DNA of 61,294 nt, filler included, from Methanobacteriota archaeon (lineage in GTDB: Archaea > JACRDV01): NCBI GenBank assembly GCA_024860865.1. It is 5 parts of 5 records of this genome, joined end to end, with 100 filler letters (N's around TTAATTAATTAA, not from the genome) between each part and the next. Parts side by side here need not be neighbours in the genome. Positions count along the whole stretch, not along the records: positions 1 to 16,712 come from JACRDV010000050.1; positions 16,813 to 32,553 come from JACRDV010000049.1; 3 more parts are not named here. The stretch is one strand, 5' to 3'. The notes beneath the pieces were generated by a model, which was not told the origin of the DNA, did no database searches, and saw nothing but the letters and a program-made list of their open reading frames with translations. Position numbers and translations under genes: made by a program. Shown here one piece after another: positions 11,073 to 21,016 of this stretch (positions within the stretch are counted from its first letter, which is position 1; every line of letters starts with the position of its first letter).

Positions 11073-11603
11073 ATGGTCAAATATAAACAACGAATTGAAA
11101 TTCCAACGAAGTCAGGAAATAAATTAATTATTACAGCTGAAGCTGAACCAATTGATCATTCTGAGTTAGCTAAATTAGTAAACATCATTCACGCGGAGTT
11201 TGCACCGATTGAAAGTCAGGCTTCGAGTTCAATTGAAACCCCGCTTCAACCTCAACCTCAGAAGCTTTGGAAACCAGATTGGCTTCCATCTGAGCGTGAA
11301 CTTCGGAACCTCAGCCAAAAGGATAAGCTGTGGTTATTAACGCGAAATGAACATCCAGACGATTGGGTTATTTCTCAGGGCTTAAAGCGCGAATACGAAG
11401 CAATCTTCGGTGAGGAAATTAAGCTAACAGCAGTTTCAACTTATTTAGCTAGATTTTTTGAAGAAGGAAAAGTTGAGAGACAGGGTTCAAGGGCTCAACG
11501 AGAGTATCGCCTGCAAGTTAAAGCTGAGACTACTAAACCACCATCGGGTTTTGAAGGGGAGAAAGAGAAACTAAGGTCAGAATTCAATCCTATTTTACGT
11601 TGA
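11073..11603 (+). CDS. Hypothetical protein with C-terminal winged-helix
   Basis: Likely start MVKYK; C-terminus has AVSTYLARFFEEGKVERQG...REYRL. Confidence 0.6.
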   Translation: MVKYKQRIEIPTKSGNKLIITAEAEPIDHSELAKLVNIIHAEFAPIESQASSSIETPLQPQPQKLWKPDWLPSERELRNLSQKDKLWLLTRNEHPDDWVISQGLKREYEAIFGEEIKLTAVSTYLARFFEEGKVERQGSRAQREYRLQVKAETTKPPSGFEGEKEKLRSEFNPILR

Positions 11604-11643
11604 TCCCATTAATTTTATTTAGCGATAGATTTAACTTTATATT

Positions 11644-11956
11644 GGCGGCGAGCTAGGCTGGGCGGCTACCCCTCGCCTCTACGCAAATGGGGTTATGGCG
11701 GGTCGAAGTTCGGGAGGCAGCATTACCAGCCAGTTATGCCCCAAATTTACGACGATGAAATTCTGTCCCACAGGGTTCGTTGTGGCAGAATGCGGGAGGG
11801 AGCTCCTGTGTTACTGCCTTTATCTGCTTAACCAGCTAGGCCTGGAAAGGAGCAACTGTAGGTGGAAGATGGACGCTTGTGGGGAAGCAGGGTAGAGCTC
11901 GGGTTTGGGAGCCATAATTGGAAAAGGGATGTTCACTTCCGTGCGCGCTCGCCGCC
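11644..11956 (+). ncRNA. ffs: SRP (7S) RNA
   Basis: GC-rich 313 nt with a 10-bp terminal helix GGCGGCGAGC/GCTCGCCGCC and the helix-8 motif AGGCCTGGAAAGGAGCA. Confidence 0.92.
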
Positions 11957-12003
11957 GTAAATGCTCTAGGTATTTAAAAAAAGGAAAAAGAATATAGAAT
12001 TGA

Positions 12004-12089
12004 GCCGGGGTGGCCGAGTCTGGTAAGGCGCAGGCCTGCTAAGTCTGTGGTCCGTTTGGACCTCTTGGGTTCAAATCCCAACCCCGGCG
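12004..12089 (+). tRNA. tRNA-Ser(GCT)
   Basis: GCCGGGG/CCCCGGC acceptor stem, CTGCTAA anticodon loop, long variable arm, TTCAAAT T-loop, TTTAAAA box about 30 nt upstream. Confidence 0.95.
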
Positions 12090-12425
12090 CTTTCCAATAA
12101 AGCTGATTTTGAGGGCTTGGATAATTATGGTAATTATGGTAATGATCATTATAGCGAAGTTGAACCTATCGAATCCAATGGGACACAATTAATTGACTCG
12201 AGTGAATTTAAAAGATGGCTGAGAATTAACGAAAACAAAAATGCCGATACAGTCTACCACTATGCGAGACTTGTTGAAAATTCTAAAAGTCTGGAAAAAT
12301 CCTAAGAGAATACATCGAAGGTTTTAAAGAAAAATATCGAAACATATCGCAATCTTTTGAAGGTTTTAAGAGCATATTCAAAATTCTTAGGAGAATCAAA
12401 TTTCAAAAAAGAAGTCGATAGGTAC
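12090..12425 (+). pseudogene. Degraded SSV1-type integrase remnant downstream of tRNA-Ser
   Basis: EFKRWLRINENKNADTVYHY...YRNLLKVLRAYSKFL parallels the start of the 15543 integrase. It has several frameshifts and is cut off by an IS end. Confidence 0.75.
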
Positions 12426-12534
12426 AAAAGGTCTTTTTCAAAGATTATAGCTCTAAGCAAGATGTGGGAAAAAATTTTAAGAGCCCTGAAAATAAAATAG
12501 AAATTACATAGTGTAAAAATGGGGCAAACTTAGG
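12426..12534 (+). mobile_element. Remnant right end of an IS1634-family element
   Basis: Homologous to about 15290-15392 (transposase C-terminus KRSFSKII...KILRALKIK) and ends in TAGTGTAAAAATGGGGCAAACTTAGG. Confidence 0.85.
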
Positions 12535-13080
12535 TTATCTAGTTTTGCCCACATTGACCTCAGTCCGGTTAGTATATCGCCATTCATATGAGGCTGTTCC
12601 TTTGCCTTGCTTTGTCATGTTTGAGATGATTATCAGCTCTTTTGTACCCTTGAAGCTGAGAGTTAGGTTTACTCCAGTGTGACACATTATGCAGGCTATG
12701 GGTTCAGGTTTTGTAGGGACGCTCCCGTGTCCACTTGCATTTATTATAGCCGGGTAAGTTGGATGGCATCCTGAGCGAGAACCACAGAAACCATAGCTTC
12801 GGTTGACATAGTGAGCACCTGCCCCATATTCATGGCAATCCTTACAATTAGAATCTGTCTGCGTTTGTTTATGTGGGCCTGCATTGGTAGTTGAACTAGC
12901 AGCCTCACTGGCAATGTTTTCGTGACATTGGACACAACCGGGACTTTGGTACCAAGTGTGCGAACCCAGGAATCTTGCTGTCACTGAAGGCAGTGCCAAA
13001 ACCATACCAACCGCTAGTGATAGTCCTAACAAAATCACTAATGCAGTAACCCAGATAGCTTGTTCTTTTAATATGCTCAT
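12535..13080 (-). CDS. Membrane-anchored multiheme c-type cytochrome
   Basis: N-terminal TM/signal segment; CVQCH, CKDCH, CIMCH and an atypical CGSRSGCH. Confidence 0.85.
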   Translation of the reverse strand: MSILKEQAIWVTALVILLGLSLAVGMVLALPSVTARFLGSHTWYQSPGCVQCHENIASEAASSTTNAGPHKQTQTDSNCKDCHEYGAGAHYVNRSYGFCGSRSGCHPTYPAIINASGHGSVPTKPEPIACIMCHTGVNLTLSFKGTKELIIISNMTKQGKGTASYEWRYTNRTEVNVGKTR

Positions 13081-13728
13081 CTTTACTAAGCTTCCAAAAA
13101 TTTTATTTCTTAACTCCCAAAGTTTCAGTAGTTCTAGAGTGTCGGGAGTTTCGGCTGGTTAGAGGTAACAAGTACGATGGTATTTTAAATTAATACAAAA
13201 TTTCATGCTATAGTCAACAAAAAAATCTAAAAATCAGATTTTTAGCTAAGTCGTTCTATCGGTTGAAATTCCAAAGAGATTTGTTGCAAGTTGCAAGAGA
13301 ATGAACATCACAAAAAATTACCTCCAAAAAGCGAATGATTTATGAGCAATGCTCAAGGCAAAAACAAAAGGGCTTTGGAATCTGTCTTATTATGTGCTAT
13401 CATTGTGCAATTTTCTGCAAACGATACATACTTAGTGGCGAAGTTTGGATTTAGATCAGCCAACCAAAAACATAGGACGGCATAAGATAGTTAGCAAGCC
13501 AAAACTACTCGCCAGAAGAAGAAGCGGCAAAGCAGCTATCTTGACTTATTACCTTAAAAATAAAGTTAAATATGAAAGCGTTAGGTTAGGCCTAAATAGG
13601 CTGAAAAGGTTCAAAGAAAGCTGCCAAACTTAAAATTTTAAGTTTCTCTGTTATGCTCCATATGGTTTAGAGATACAGAAAACTTATTACAAGAGCAAAA
13701 CTTATCCGAGACAAAAGAAATTAAATCA

Positions 13729-15392
13729 CCTAAGTTTGCCCCATTTTTACACTAGGTTTCAAAATTTAATGTGATTTTTAAATAAGCCTTTCTGCCCTAC
13801 AAAGCCCTTTTAAAACGAATTCTGAACTAAAAAATCAAAAGAAAAATGTTATAAATCAATATAGTGTAATATTTACACTATGCCTTTTGTAAGGAAAATC
13901 AAAACAAAAAGTGGAACATACCTTGTAGAAGTAGAAAACACTTGGCAAAATGGAAAAGTAATTCAAAAGCACATAAGGATGGTCGGAAAGGTTACGGATA
14001 AAGGAATTGTTTACAACGAGCTGGAAAGGTCTGAGGTAAAAAAAGTTCTCTCGCATGCAAATGTTCTTGCACTTCACAAAATTGCAAGCGATATCGGAAT
14101 TGAAGATATTTTAGGAGAAAATTCAAAACAAATTTTAGCTTTAGCATATGCCCACTGCATAGAGCCAAGAAGCATAAATTCAATGAAAATTCTTTTGAGA
14201 AAAGCAAACATTGAAGAAATAATTGGAGAAGAAATCACACCAAAAAAACTTAGGGATGCTGTTCAATCAATTGGTGAAAAAGATCTATTCAAAATTGAGA
14301 TGAAGCTTTTTGAAAGGATTCAAAGTTTTTATTCAGAAATTAATTCAATTGTATACGATGTTACAAGAATTTACTTTTACGGAACTAAGTGCAAGCTAGC
14401 AAAGCCTGGCTATAATCCAAGGCACGCCTTTATTCCTCAAATAAACATAAGCCTCGCTGTAACAATGGAGCATTCATTTCCAATTTTTCACGATGTTTTT
14501 CCTGGCAATGTATACGACTCAAAGACTTTGCTTAGCTTTTTGGCAAAGCTGAACATGCTTGGGATTAGAAACAAGACGCTAATAATAGACAGAGGATCAT
14601 ACTCTGAAGAAAACGTTGGAAATGCCTTGGAAAGCGGATTTGAAGTAATTGCTGGAGTTCCCTTAAGAGGAGAGATGAAAGAAATTGCGAGAGAATTTAA
14701 GGAAAAAATTGCAGATGCAAAAAACAGGCTCAGCCTTAAAACAGTTTCAATCTATGCAAAAGAAATAAGGATTAAAAATAGGAAATTTGTAGTTTGTTTA
14801 AATGAAGAAGATAGAACATCAAGGAGGGAAGCAAGGAGGCTTGAAATAGATCAGGCGATTGAAAGGCTGAGCTCTGGCCTTCCAATAAAAGAGGGAATAA
14901 AAAAGTATTTGATAAAAACAAAAGAAGGATTTGAAATAAACTACGATAGATTAAGGGAAGCAGAAGAATTCGATGGGATATATCTCATTCTTTCCACAAA
15001 AGAAATTTCAAAAGGAGAAATTGTAAAAGCATATTTTGAAAAGGATAAAATAGAAAAGGCTTTTCGCTGCCTGAAAAGCGTGGTGGAAGTTGCTCCTGTA
15101 AGGCACAGGATTTGCAGCAATGTTTATGCTCACATTTTCATATGCTATCTTGCTTACCTTCTCCTCTCTCTTTTTGAGTATAAGCTTGAAAAAGCAGGCC
15201 TTTCTATAAATGGAAGAAAACTGACTGCAAAGAGAGCACTTGAGGAGCTTGAGACAGTTTATAAGGTAGAGATAGAAGATCCAATTACTAAAAGATCATT
15301 TTCAAAAATTATAACCTTAAATAAGTTGCAGGAAAAAATTTTAAGGGCTCTAAAAATTAAATTGCATAGTGTAAAAACAGGGCAAACTTAGG
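13729..15392 (+). mobile_element. IS1634-family insertion sequence, complete
   Basis: 26-bp TIRs (CCTAAGTTTGCCCCATTTTTACACTA; the right copy has 2 mismatches) flanked by direct repeat TAAATCA at 13722-13728 and 15393-15399. Confidence 0.92.
13880..15391 (+). CDS. IS1634-family DDE transposase
   Basis: MPFVRKIK..GTY..EVE N-terminus, YDVTRIYFYG, IIDRG, IEKAFRCLKS, VYAHIFICYLAY. Confidence 0.92.
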   Translation: MPFVRKIKTKSGTYLVEVENTWQNGKVIQKHIRMVGKVTDKGIVYNELERSEVKKVLSHANVLALHKIASDIGIEDILGENSKQILALAYAHCIEPRSINSMKILLRKANIEEIIGEEITPKKLRDAVQSIGEKDLFKIEMKLFERIQSFYSEINSIVYDVTRIYFYGTKCKLAKPGYNPRHAFIPQINISLAVTMEHSFPIFHDVFPGNVYDSKTLLSFLAKLNMLGIRNKTLIIDRGSYSEENVGNALESGFEVIAGVPLRGEMKEIAREFKEKIADAKNRLSLKTVSIYAKEIRIKNRKFVVCLNEEDRTSRREARRLEIDQAIERLSSGLPIKEGIKKYLIKTKEGFEINYDRLREAEEFDGIYLILSTKEISKGEIVKAYFEKDKIEKAFRCLKSVVEVAPVRHRICSNVYAHIFICYLAYLLLSLFEYKLEKAGLSINGRKLTAKRALEELETVYKVEIEDPITKRSFSKIITLNKLQEKILRALKIKLHSVKTGQT

Positions 15393-15407
15393 TAAATCAG
15401 TATATGC

Positions 15408-15480
15408 GGGCCCGTGGTCTAGGGGTTATGACACCTCGTTGACACCGAGGAGGTCGCCGGTTCGAATCCGGCAGGGCCCA
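15408..15480 (+). tRNA. tRNA-Val(GAC)
   Basis: CCTCG-TTGACAC-CGAGG anticodon arm and GCCGG-TTCGAAT-CCGGC T-arm. The acceptor stem has one G.A mismatch. Confidence 0.9.
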
Positions 15481-15542
15481 CTTTTGCCGTTATTAAGGCA
15501 ACCTCGGACACCCAAAATTATAACCATTATAACTATGACACC

Positions 15543-16391
15543 TTGTTTTGCGAAGAGAGGCTTAAAGAGTTTGTTAAGTGGCTTGAGGTCAACGAAAACA
15601 AAGCTCCGATTACCGTTTATAGGTACAAGAACCTCATAATGAAGATAATTAAAAGCAATATTCCAATCCACGAATACATAGAGAATTTCAAAAGAACGCA
15701 CCATCCAAATGGCTATAAGAACTTGTTGAAGGCATTACGAAATTATGCCAAGTTTCTAAAAAACAAAGAATTTGAAGAATTTGTTAAAGGGTTTAGGTTC
15801 CCGAGCGTTCCTTTCCAATACGAGATTTTGCCTTCAAAGGAAGAAATTATCAAATTTTACAACGAGATTAGAGATTCTCAACTAAAAGCAATTTTCCTAA
15901 TGTTGATTTCGAGCGGATTGAGGATAAACGAGCTTCTTGGCATTAGGGCAAAAGACATCGTTTTCAAAAGGAGAATAATTAACGCTTCTTTAATTCACAA
16001 TGGCACGACCAAGTTTTCCTATATCGCATTTTTCAACGAAGAAGCCGAAAAATCCTTGAAAGAATACTTGAACGGCATAAAATTGGATGCCGATTCTAGG
16101 ATTTTCACAGTGAAAGCAAGAAATGTTCAAGAGCTTTTCAATGAAATCTCAAAAAGATTAGGGATTAAAATAACTCCAAAGACCTTGAGAAAGATTTTCA
16201 CCAACGAGTTAGGGAGAAAGAGGATACCCGATAGGTTCATAGATGCTTTTTGTGGAAGAATACCAAATTCGACCATTGCAAAACATTATAGCGATTTTAG
16301 CCCGGAAAACTTGAAACAAATCTACGATGGAGCCGATTTAAAGGTTCTTAGTCGTACGATAGTCGAACACAACGGCGTTGTTTACGGATAA
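15543..16391 (+). CDS. SSV1-type tyrosine integrase, int(C) portion
   Basis: SGLRINEL, PKTLRK (KxxR variant), CGR, KHYS. The frame stays open upstream through the tRNA 3' half (EVAGSNPAGPT). Confidence 0.85.
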   Translation: MFCEERLKEFVKWLEVNENKAPITVYRYKNLIMKIIKSNIPIHEYIENFKRTHHPNGYKNLLKALRNYAKFLKNKEFEEFVKGFRFPSVPFQYEILPSKEEIIKFYNEIRDSQLKAIFLMLISSGLRINELLGIRAKDIVFKRRIINASLIHNGTTKFSYIAFFNEEAEKSLKEYLNGIKLDADSRIFTVKARNVQELFNEISKRLGIKITPKTLRKIFTNELGRKRIPDRFIDAFCGRIPNSTIAKHYSDFSPENLKQIYDGADLKVLSRTIVEHNGVVYG

Positions 16392-16509
16392 TTTGACAAA
16401 TTTTAGTATACACTTAGTATTCGTTTTTACGAATTTTTCGAAGAAAAAATAGTTATCGCTTTAGTATAGAAATAGAAAATTAAGGTAGATTTTTAAAACC
16501 TTGTCTTGT

Positions 16510-16712
16510 TCACATACTCTTATCGGAAAATTCGAATTTTACTTTGTAATATTTCAATGACAAGTTATCATAAGCCGCCACGGCGGAGTCAAGAAATTTA
16601 TCAAACTTATTAACTATTATAACACCTCGAACCCGTTGTCCTTGCTGAGCTAAGTTTCTCCTCACCCAACCGATATATCTCGAAATTTGACCAACTACTT
16701 TATTCGAACTCC
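16510..16712 (-). CDS. NucS/DUF91-like endonuclease domain, C-terminal partial
   Basis: VVGQISRYIGWVRRNLA...VRGVII...YYKVKFEF*, cut by the contig end. Confidence 0.7.
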
Positions 16713-16812
16713 NNNNNNNNNNNNNNNNNNNNNNNNNNNNNNNNNNNNNNNNNNNNTTAATTAATTAANNNNNNNNNNNNNNNNNNNNNNNNNNNNNNNN
16801 NNNNNNNNNNNN
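16713..16812. other. Artificial contig linker
   Basis: N-run, TTAATTAATTAA, N-run (stop codons in all frames). Confidence 0.99.
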
Positions 16813-17712
16813 AAGCATTCCAGCATTTGCATGAATAGTTATATTCGGTCTAAGAACATATTTAAAGAGCTGATCAATTGCCATTTCAGCTTCAATGCGA
16901 TTGGTAACGATAAGCGAACCTGGTTGACAAGCAACGCAACCTCGATAAATTTTTTCAGCTGAAATGCCAGTTATGTGCATTCCAACTCGATCGCCAACTT
17001 TTGCTTCAGCTCGGCTTTCCTTAAAAGTCTGAATCGATTTAATTTTACATTCATTTCCAATGGGTTGAATTTGAATTTTGTCTCCTACTCTTATTTCACC
17101 GCGCAAAATCGTTCCTGTGATGACAGTACCAATACCTTTAATTTCAAAAGCATGATCAATTGGCATTTTAAAAGGTCCTGCTTGCCTTACAGGAGGCTTA
17201 ATTTGTTTATAAAGAATTTCCTTAAGCTGAAGAATCCCTTCTCCAGTTTTTGCTGAAATAGGAACAATAGGGGCATTTTCAAAAATAGTTCCAATTAGAA
17301 CTTTTTTTATTTGAGAGCCGACCTTTTCGGTTTGATCTTTATTGACTAAATCGACCTTATTTAGAGCAACAACTAAATTTTTAATTCCAAAATAATTTAG
17401 AATTAAAATATGCTCGCCAGTCTGGACCTCGGGACCTTTTTGTGCATCTATAACTAAGATTGCAGCATCAATAATATCTGCTCCTGCTACTACATTTCTA
17501 ATTAGATCAGCATGGCCGGGAACATCGACTAATGTAACTATATACTCATTTAAAATAAAACTAGTGAAACCTAAGTCAATCGTTATCCCTCTGCGTTGAG
17601 CTTCCGGGTGTTTATCTAAACCTGCAGTTGAGACTATTTCTGTCAATCGTCTTGCAACTTCAGTTTTACCGTGATCTATATGCCCAAAAAGACCAACATT
17701 GATAGATGTCAA
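16813..17712 (-). CDS. selB: Selenocysteine-specific elongation factor SelB, 3' partial
   Basis: INVGLFGHIDHGKT...EIVSTAGLDKHPEAQRRGITIDLGF, DVPGHADLI, QTGEH, NKVD, IDHAF. This is the archaeal SelB pattern, not EF-1a or aIF2g. Confidence 0.9.
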
Positions 17713-17914
17713 CCCATTATACGTGATTTTTCACCTCGTACATGTCTATGAGCTATCCATCTTTGATCTTTCATTGAAGTTAATTTTTTTCTCTTCTTAA
17801 TTTATTAAATTAGATTGTAGTTAGCTCATATCTATTATGCCTTTATACATAACTAGATAGATAAAAGAATATAGAAAAAACTATTAACAATTTTAAAACT
17901 AACAAACTATTGAC

Positions 17915-18043
17915 GCGATAAGAGAAAAGTTATTCACTATAATTTTAGTCACTCACGACCCAAGAGTCAGTGAGCTAACGGAAAGGATAATTTACCTTCA
18001 AGATGGAAGAATTGCAGGAGAAGAAATAAGAAATAAATTATGA
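17915..18043 (+). pseudogene. C-terminal remnant of a LolD/MacB-type ABC ATPase
   Basis: TIILVTHDPRVSELTERIIYLQDGRI* with no upstream ORF. Confidence 0.65.
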
Positions 18044-18053
18044 AAAATTATTT

Positions 18054-19676
18054 TTAACGCCGCCACAACATGTTAATTCGATTGCTAAAATGCTGACGCA
18101 ATAGGTTAATTCGATTGCTTAAACCACGCTGTTTTTGCCTGTTTTTGTTATAAATCCTTTCAATAATTTTTTCTGGCGACTCTCTTAGGTATCCACGAAG
18201 CCCAAATCTAATACCGTGTGCTACAAATTTTAGCCCAGCTCTTGCTGCAATATTGATTTGATTCATTTTGGTGTACTCTTTAAGAAGACAGTCCACCCAA
18301 TAAAGATCATGTTTAAAACAAACTTTTAGTAGTTCCACATGTTCAGGTAGCATCGCCTCTTTTGTAAACGACGATGCTCCATTAAGTCTAGAAGTATCTA
18401 TCGGCACAAAAAGCAGCGGGACTATAAGGCTCTTATAAGGCTTTAAAGATTCGATCAATTCAACAGTCTTTATTACATCATTACTAGTTTCTCCAGGTAA
18501 TCCTAAGATTAAAGTTGCGGCTGGCACCCAATGATTATCATGTAACAAAGCAAAGGCCTCTTCAACCACTTTAGGCCAGTCTTCAACGTTAAATGGAAGG
18601 ACTTTCCCAGGCATATATTTTTCAATAAGTGCAGGGCTACCGGTTTCTACTCCAGTTTGAACGCCTATCCACAATCTATCCTTTGATCCTAAATTCATTA
18701 ATTCAGATAGTTGAACTAAAAGTTTAAAGTTAGAACATACCGAGGCAAGAGCGATATGGCTGACCGAGATATCAGTTACTCCTGGGAAATTTAGAATTGA
18801 GCTAAATAAATCTAAAACTGCTTCAGAGTTAGCTTTAAGCCCTCTAGCTTGATAACGCAGTATATCTTCTGAATGAAGCAAAATTTTGCAACTTTTTCCT
18901 TTTTCTACATTTACTTTTACTTCTCTGAGTATTCTCTCCCTAGGCAAACTTCTAAATTTTAACAATGTTGGGCTACAAAACCGGCAGTCACGGCCACACC
19001 CTCTTGAAATCTCAATAAACCCGTCTACAGCAGGATTCCTTATCACTGGAATTTCATCAACTTCAGCTACATCTCCATATACTAAACCCGGAAGTGGTTC
19101 ATTACCAATTGCTTTTTTAAAAAGAGGGCCAACAACCTTTTCGCCCTCTCCAATCACAACAGTATCTATCCCTAATTGCTTTCGAATAGATTCGGACTCA
19201 AGTTGCCAAGCCCCTGGTCCACCGACAATTATTTTTGGTCGAAAGCGACGTATTGCTGGATGATTTAAAAGCTCTTTAAATTTAAAGGCCATCTGCGTTT
19301 CTCCGCCAAATATATTTGTAAAGGTAGAACTGGCCGGACCTATTCCAAGGGGATCCATCTCTGAAATTCCAACGACTTTAGTATCGCTTCCAACTGCCTC
19401 ATGCAAGCGCTCTGGATGGGTTACAACCAACTCTTCTTCCTTAAAACCGTAATCTAACAGCGCAGCTTCAATTTTGCGCAAACTATAAGGGGCTAGCAAA
19501 GGTTTACCATCCTTTTCAGGAACTGAAGGACAAAATATCCAATAATAAAGCCAGTCTGGGATGTGCCCTCTCGGAAAGCATGCGCTAAACCCTAAAAAAA
19601 TACCGCCTCGATAGGTGCTCATTAAGGTACGATCTGCAGTTAGTACGATTTTGTAACCGCTATTCATATCCAGCAC
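18054..19676 (-). CDS. B12-binding-domain radical SAM protein
   Basis: IIVGGPGAW, EISRGCGRDCRFC, GVETGS. Confidence 0.88.
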   Translation of the reverse strand: MLDMNSGYKIVLTADRTLMSTYRGGIFLGFSACFPRGHIPDWLYYWIFCPSVPEKDGKPLLAPYSLRKIEAALLDYGFKEEELVVTHPERLHEAVGSDTKVVGISEMDPLGIGPASSTFTNIFGGETQMAFKFKELLNHPAIRRFRPKIIVGGPGAWQLESESIRKQLGIDTVVIGEGEKVVGPLFKKAIGNEPLPGLVYGDVAEVDEIPVIRNPAVDGFIEISRGCGRDCRFCSPTLLKFRSLPRERILREVKVNVEKGKSCKILLHSEDILRYQARGLKANSEAVLDLFSSILNFPGVTDISVSHIALASVCSNFKLLVQLSELMNLGSKDRLWIGVQTGVETGSPALIEKYMPGKVLPFNVEDWPKVVEEAFALLHDNHWVPAATLILGLPGETSNDVIKTVELIESLKPYKSLIVPLLFVPIDTSRLNGASSFTKEAMLPEHVELLKVCFKHDLYWVDCLLKEYTKMNQINIAARAGLKFVAHGIRFGLRGYLRESPEKIIERIYNKNRQKQRGLSNRINLLRQHFSNRINMLWRR

Positions 19677-20077
19677 CTCCTAGCAGGCTAGTTTTATTAG
19701 ATTGAATGATTTAATAAACAAAGCTAAAAACTAAAATTTTTTACTTATTTGTTTTGTTTATATTTAAAAATTACTAAATTATAAATTATTAAAATAAATT
19801 ACAACTGTATTGCTTCAGAAAATTTTGATATTGCCGAATAAAAAAAACACATCTCCAAGAGAAGGAATGGATCGCAAAAAAATATCCCAATTGTTTTCGA
19901 TTCCAACTTGCTAAAACTAAGAGGGGAAATCAGTAATATTACTTAAAGCCATCGAAAAAAAGAGATTTTGTTAGCCAAATTTCCTACTCTACAATTTTTT
20001 TGTTTGTAAGCAATGCAGAAAATTATTATAGCCCCTCAAGTAGCACAAATATCAACGATAGTAAGAGAAATTCTAAA

Positions 20078-20400
20078 ATGAAAGAGATATTAAAAGAGAT
20101 ATTGAAAGCTTATAAAAAGCGTGTTTTATTTACTGTACACGCATTAAATCAAATGAACTTAATTGAAAGAATGATATCAAAAGATGAAGTCTATGAGGTT
20201 ATTGAAAAAGGGGAAGTGATAGAAGATTATCCAGATGATCCGAGAGGCCATAGTTGTTTATTAGGAGGAAAAACTAAAAATGAAAGATGGGTTCATGTAT
20301 TATTGCCCCAAAGGATGAATACCTAGCAATAATTACCGCATATTTACCGGACCCAGAGGAATGGGAAGTAGATATGAAAACAAGGAGGAGGAAAAAATGA
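20078..20400 (+). pseudogene. DUF4258-family protein (putative toxin), single frameshift
   Basis: FTVHALNQM...IEDYPDDPRGHSCL...HV, then after a 1-nt loss near 20305 APKDEYLAIITAYLPDPEEW...*. Confidence 0.75.
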
Positions 20401-20615
20401 AATGCCATTATTGTGGAGGAAAAATGGCCAAAGGAAAGACGACTTATAGCATAAATAAGAAAGGATATCACTTGCTTGTAGACGATATCCCAGCCTGGAT
20501 TTGCTCCCAATGTAAGGAGATATACTTTGAAGGAGATGCTGTAGATATAATTCAGAATGTTATTAAAAATATAGATGTAGGAGTAGCAAAATTAAAAGAG
20601 GAAATAACAGCTTAA
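20397..20615 (+). CDS. YgiT/MqsA-type zinc finger antitoxin
   Basis: MKCHYCGG...VDDIPAWICSQCKEIYF, ATGA-coupled to the DUF4258 gene. Confidence 0.85.
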   Translation: MKCHYCGGKMAKGKTTYSINKKGYHLLVDDIPAWICSQCKEIYFEGDAVDIIQNVIKNIDVGVAKLKEEITA

Positions 20616-21016
20616 TGTCAAAATCTTTAATTACCCGCCGTGGAGAAGATGTAGTTGGTATGAAAAAAGATTGAATTGATTGTGGCCTATTTAGCTTCAA
20701 TCTGCTTTAAAATGGCTGATTTAGTCCTTCAATTTTTTTCATTTTTCTTCTAATGGCGCAGCCAATGTTTTGTTTATTGTAATCCTTTAGTAAGGCTTAT
20801 TACCTGCCATTCCAATGTCAAATTGTTTAGTGCACCACTAAATTAGTCGCTCCCACTATAAATGGGGTGACCTACTAACTTTCCTTGTACTTTATATTAC
20901 AATAAAAAATAAATAATTTTCAAATTTTCAAAATTCTTGTAAGTGCCTACAAAAATCGAAGCCTTATAGCCTGCAGGTTGCAAATTTCTAAAATATTGCT
21001 TTATTGTTAATTAATT

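Noticed and set aside
11644-11956. RNase P RNA or the 66-aa ORF at 11695
   Set aside because: No RNase P GAGGAAAGUCC-type motif is seen. The helix-8 motif and terminal helix indicate SRP RNA, so the ORF is spurious.
13200-13640. Possible IS200/IS605 tnpA relic (LWNLSYYV-like words) and a 62-aa ORF
   Set aside because: Too degraded to support by eye.
16713-16812. Repeated TTAATTAATTAA flanked by N runs (four copies)
   Set aside because: Artificial scaffold linker, not a biological repeat.
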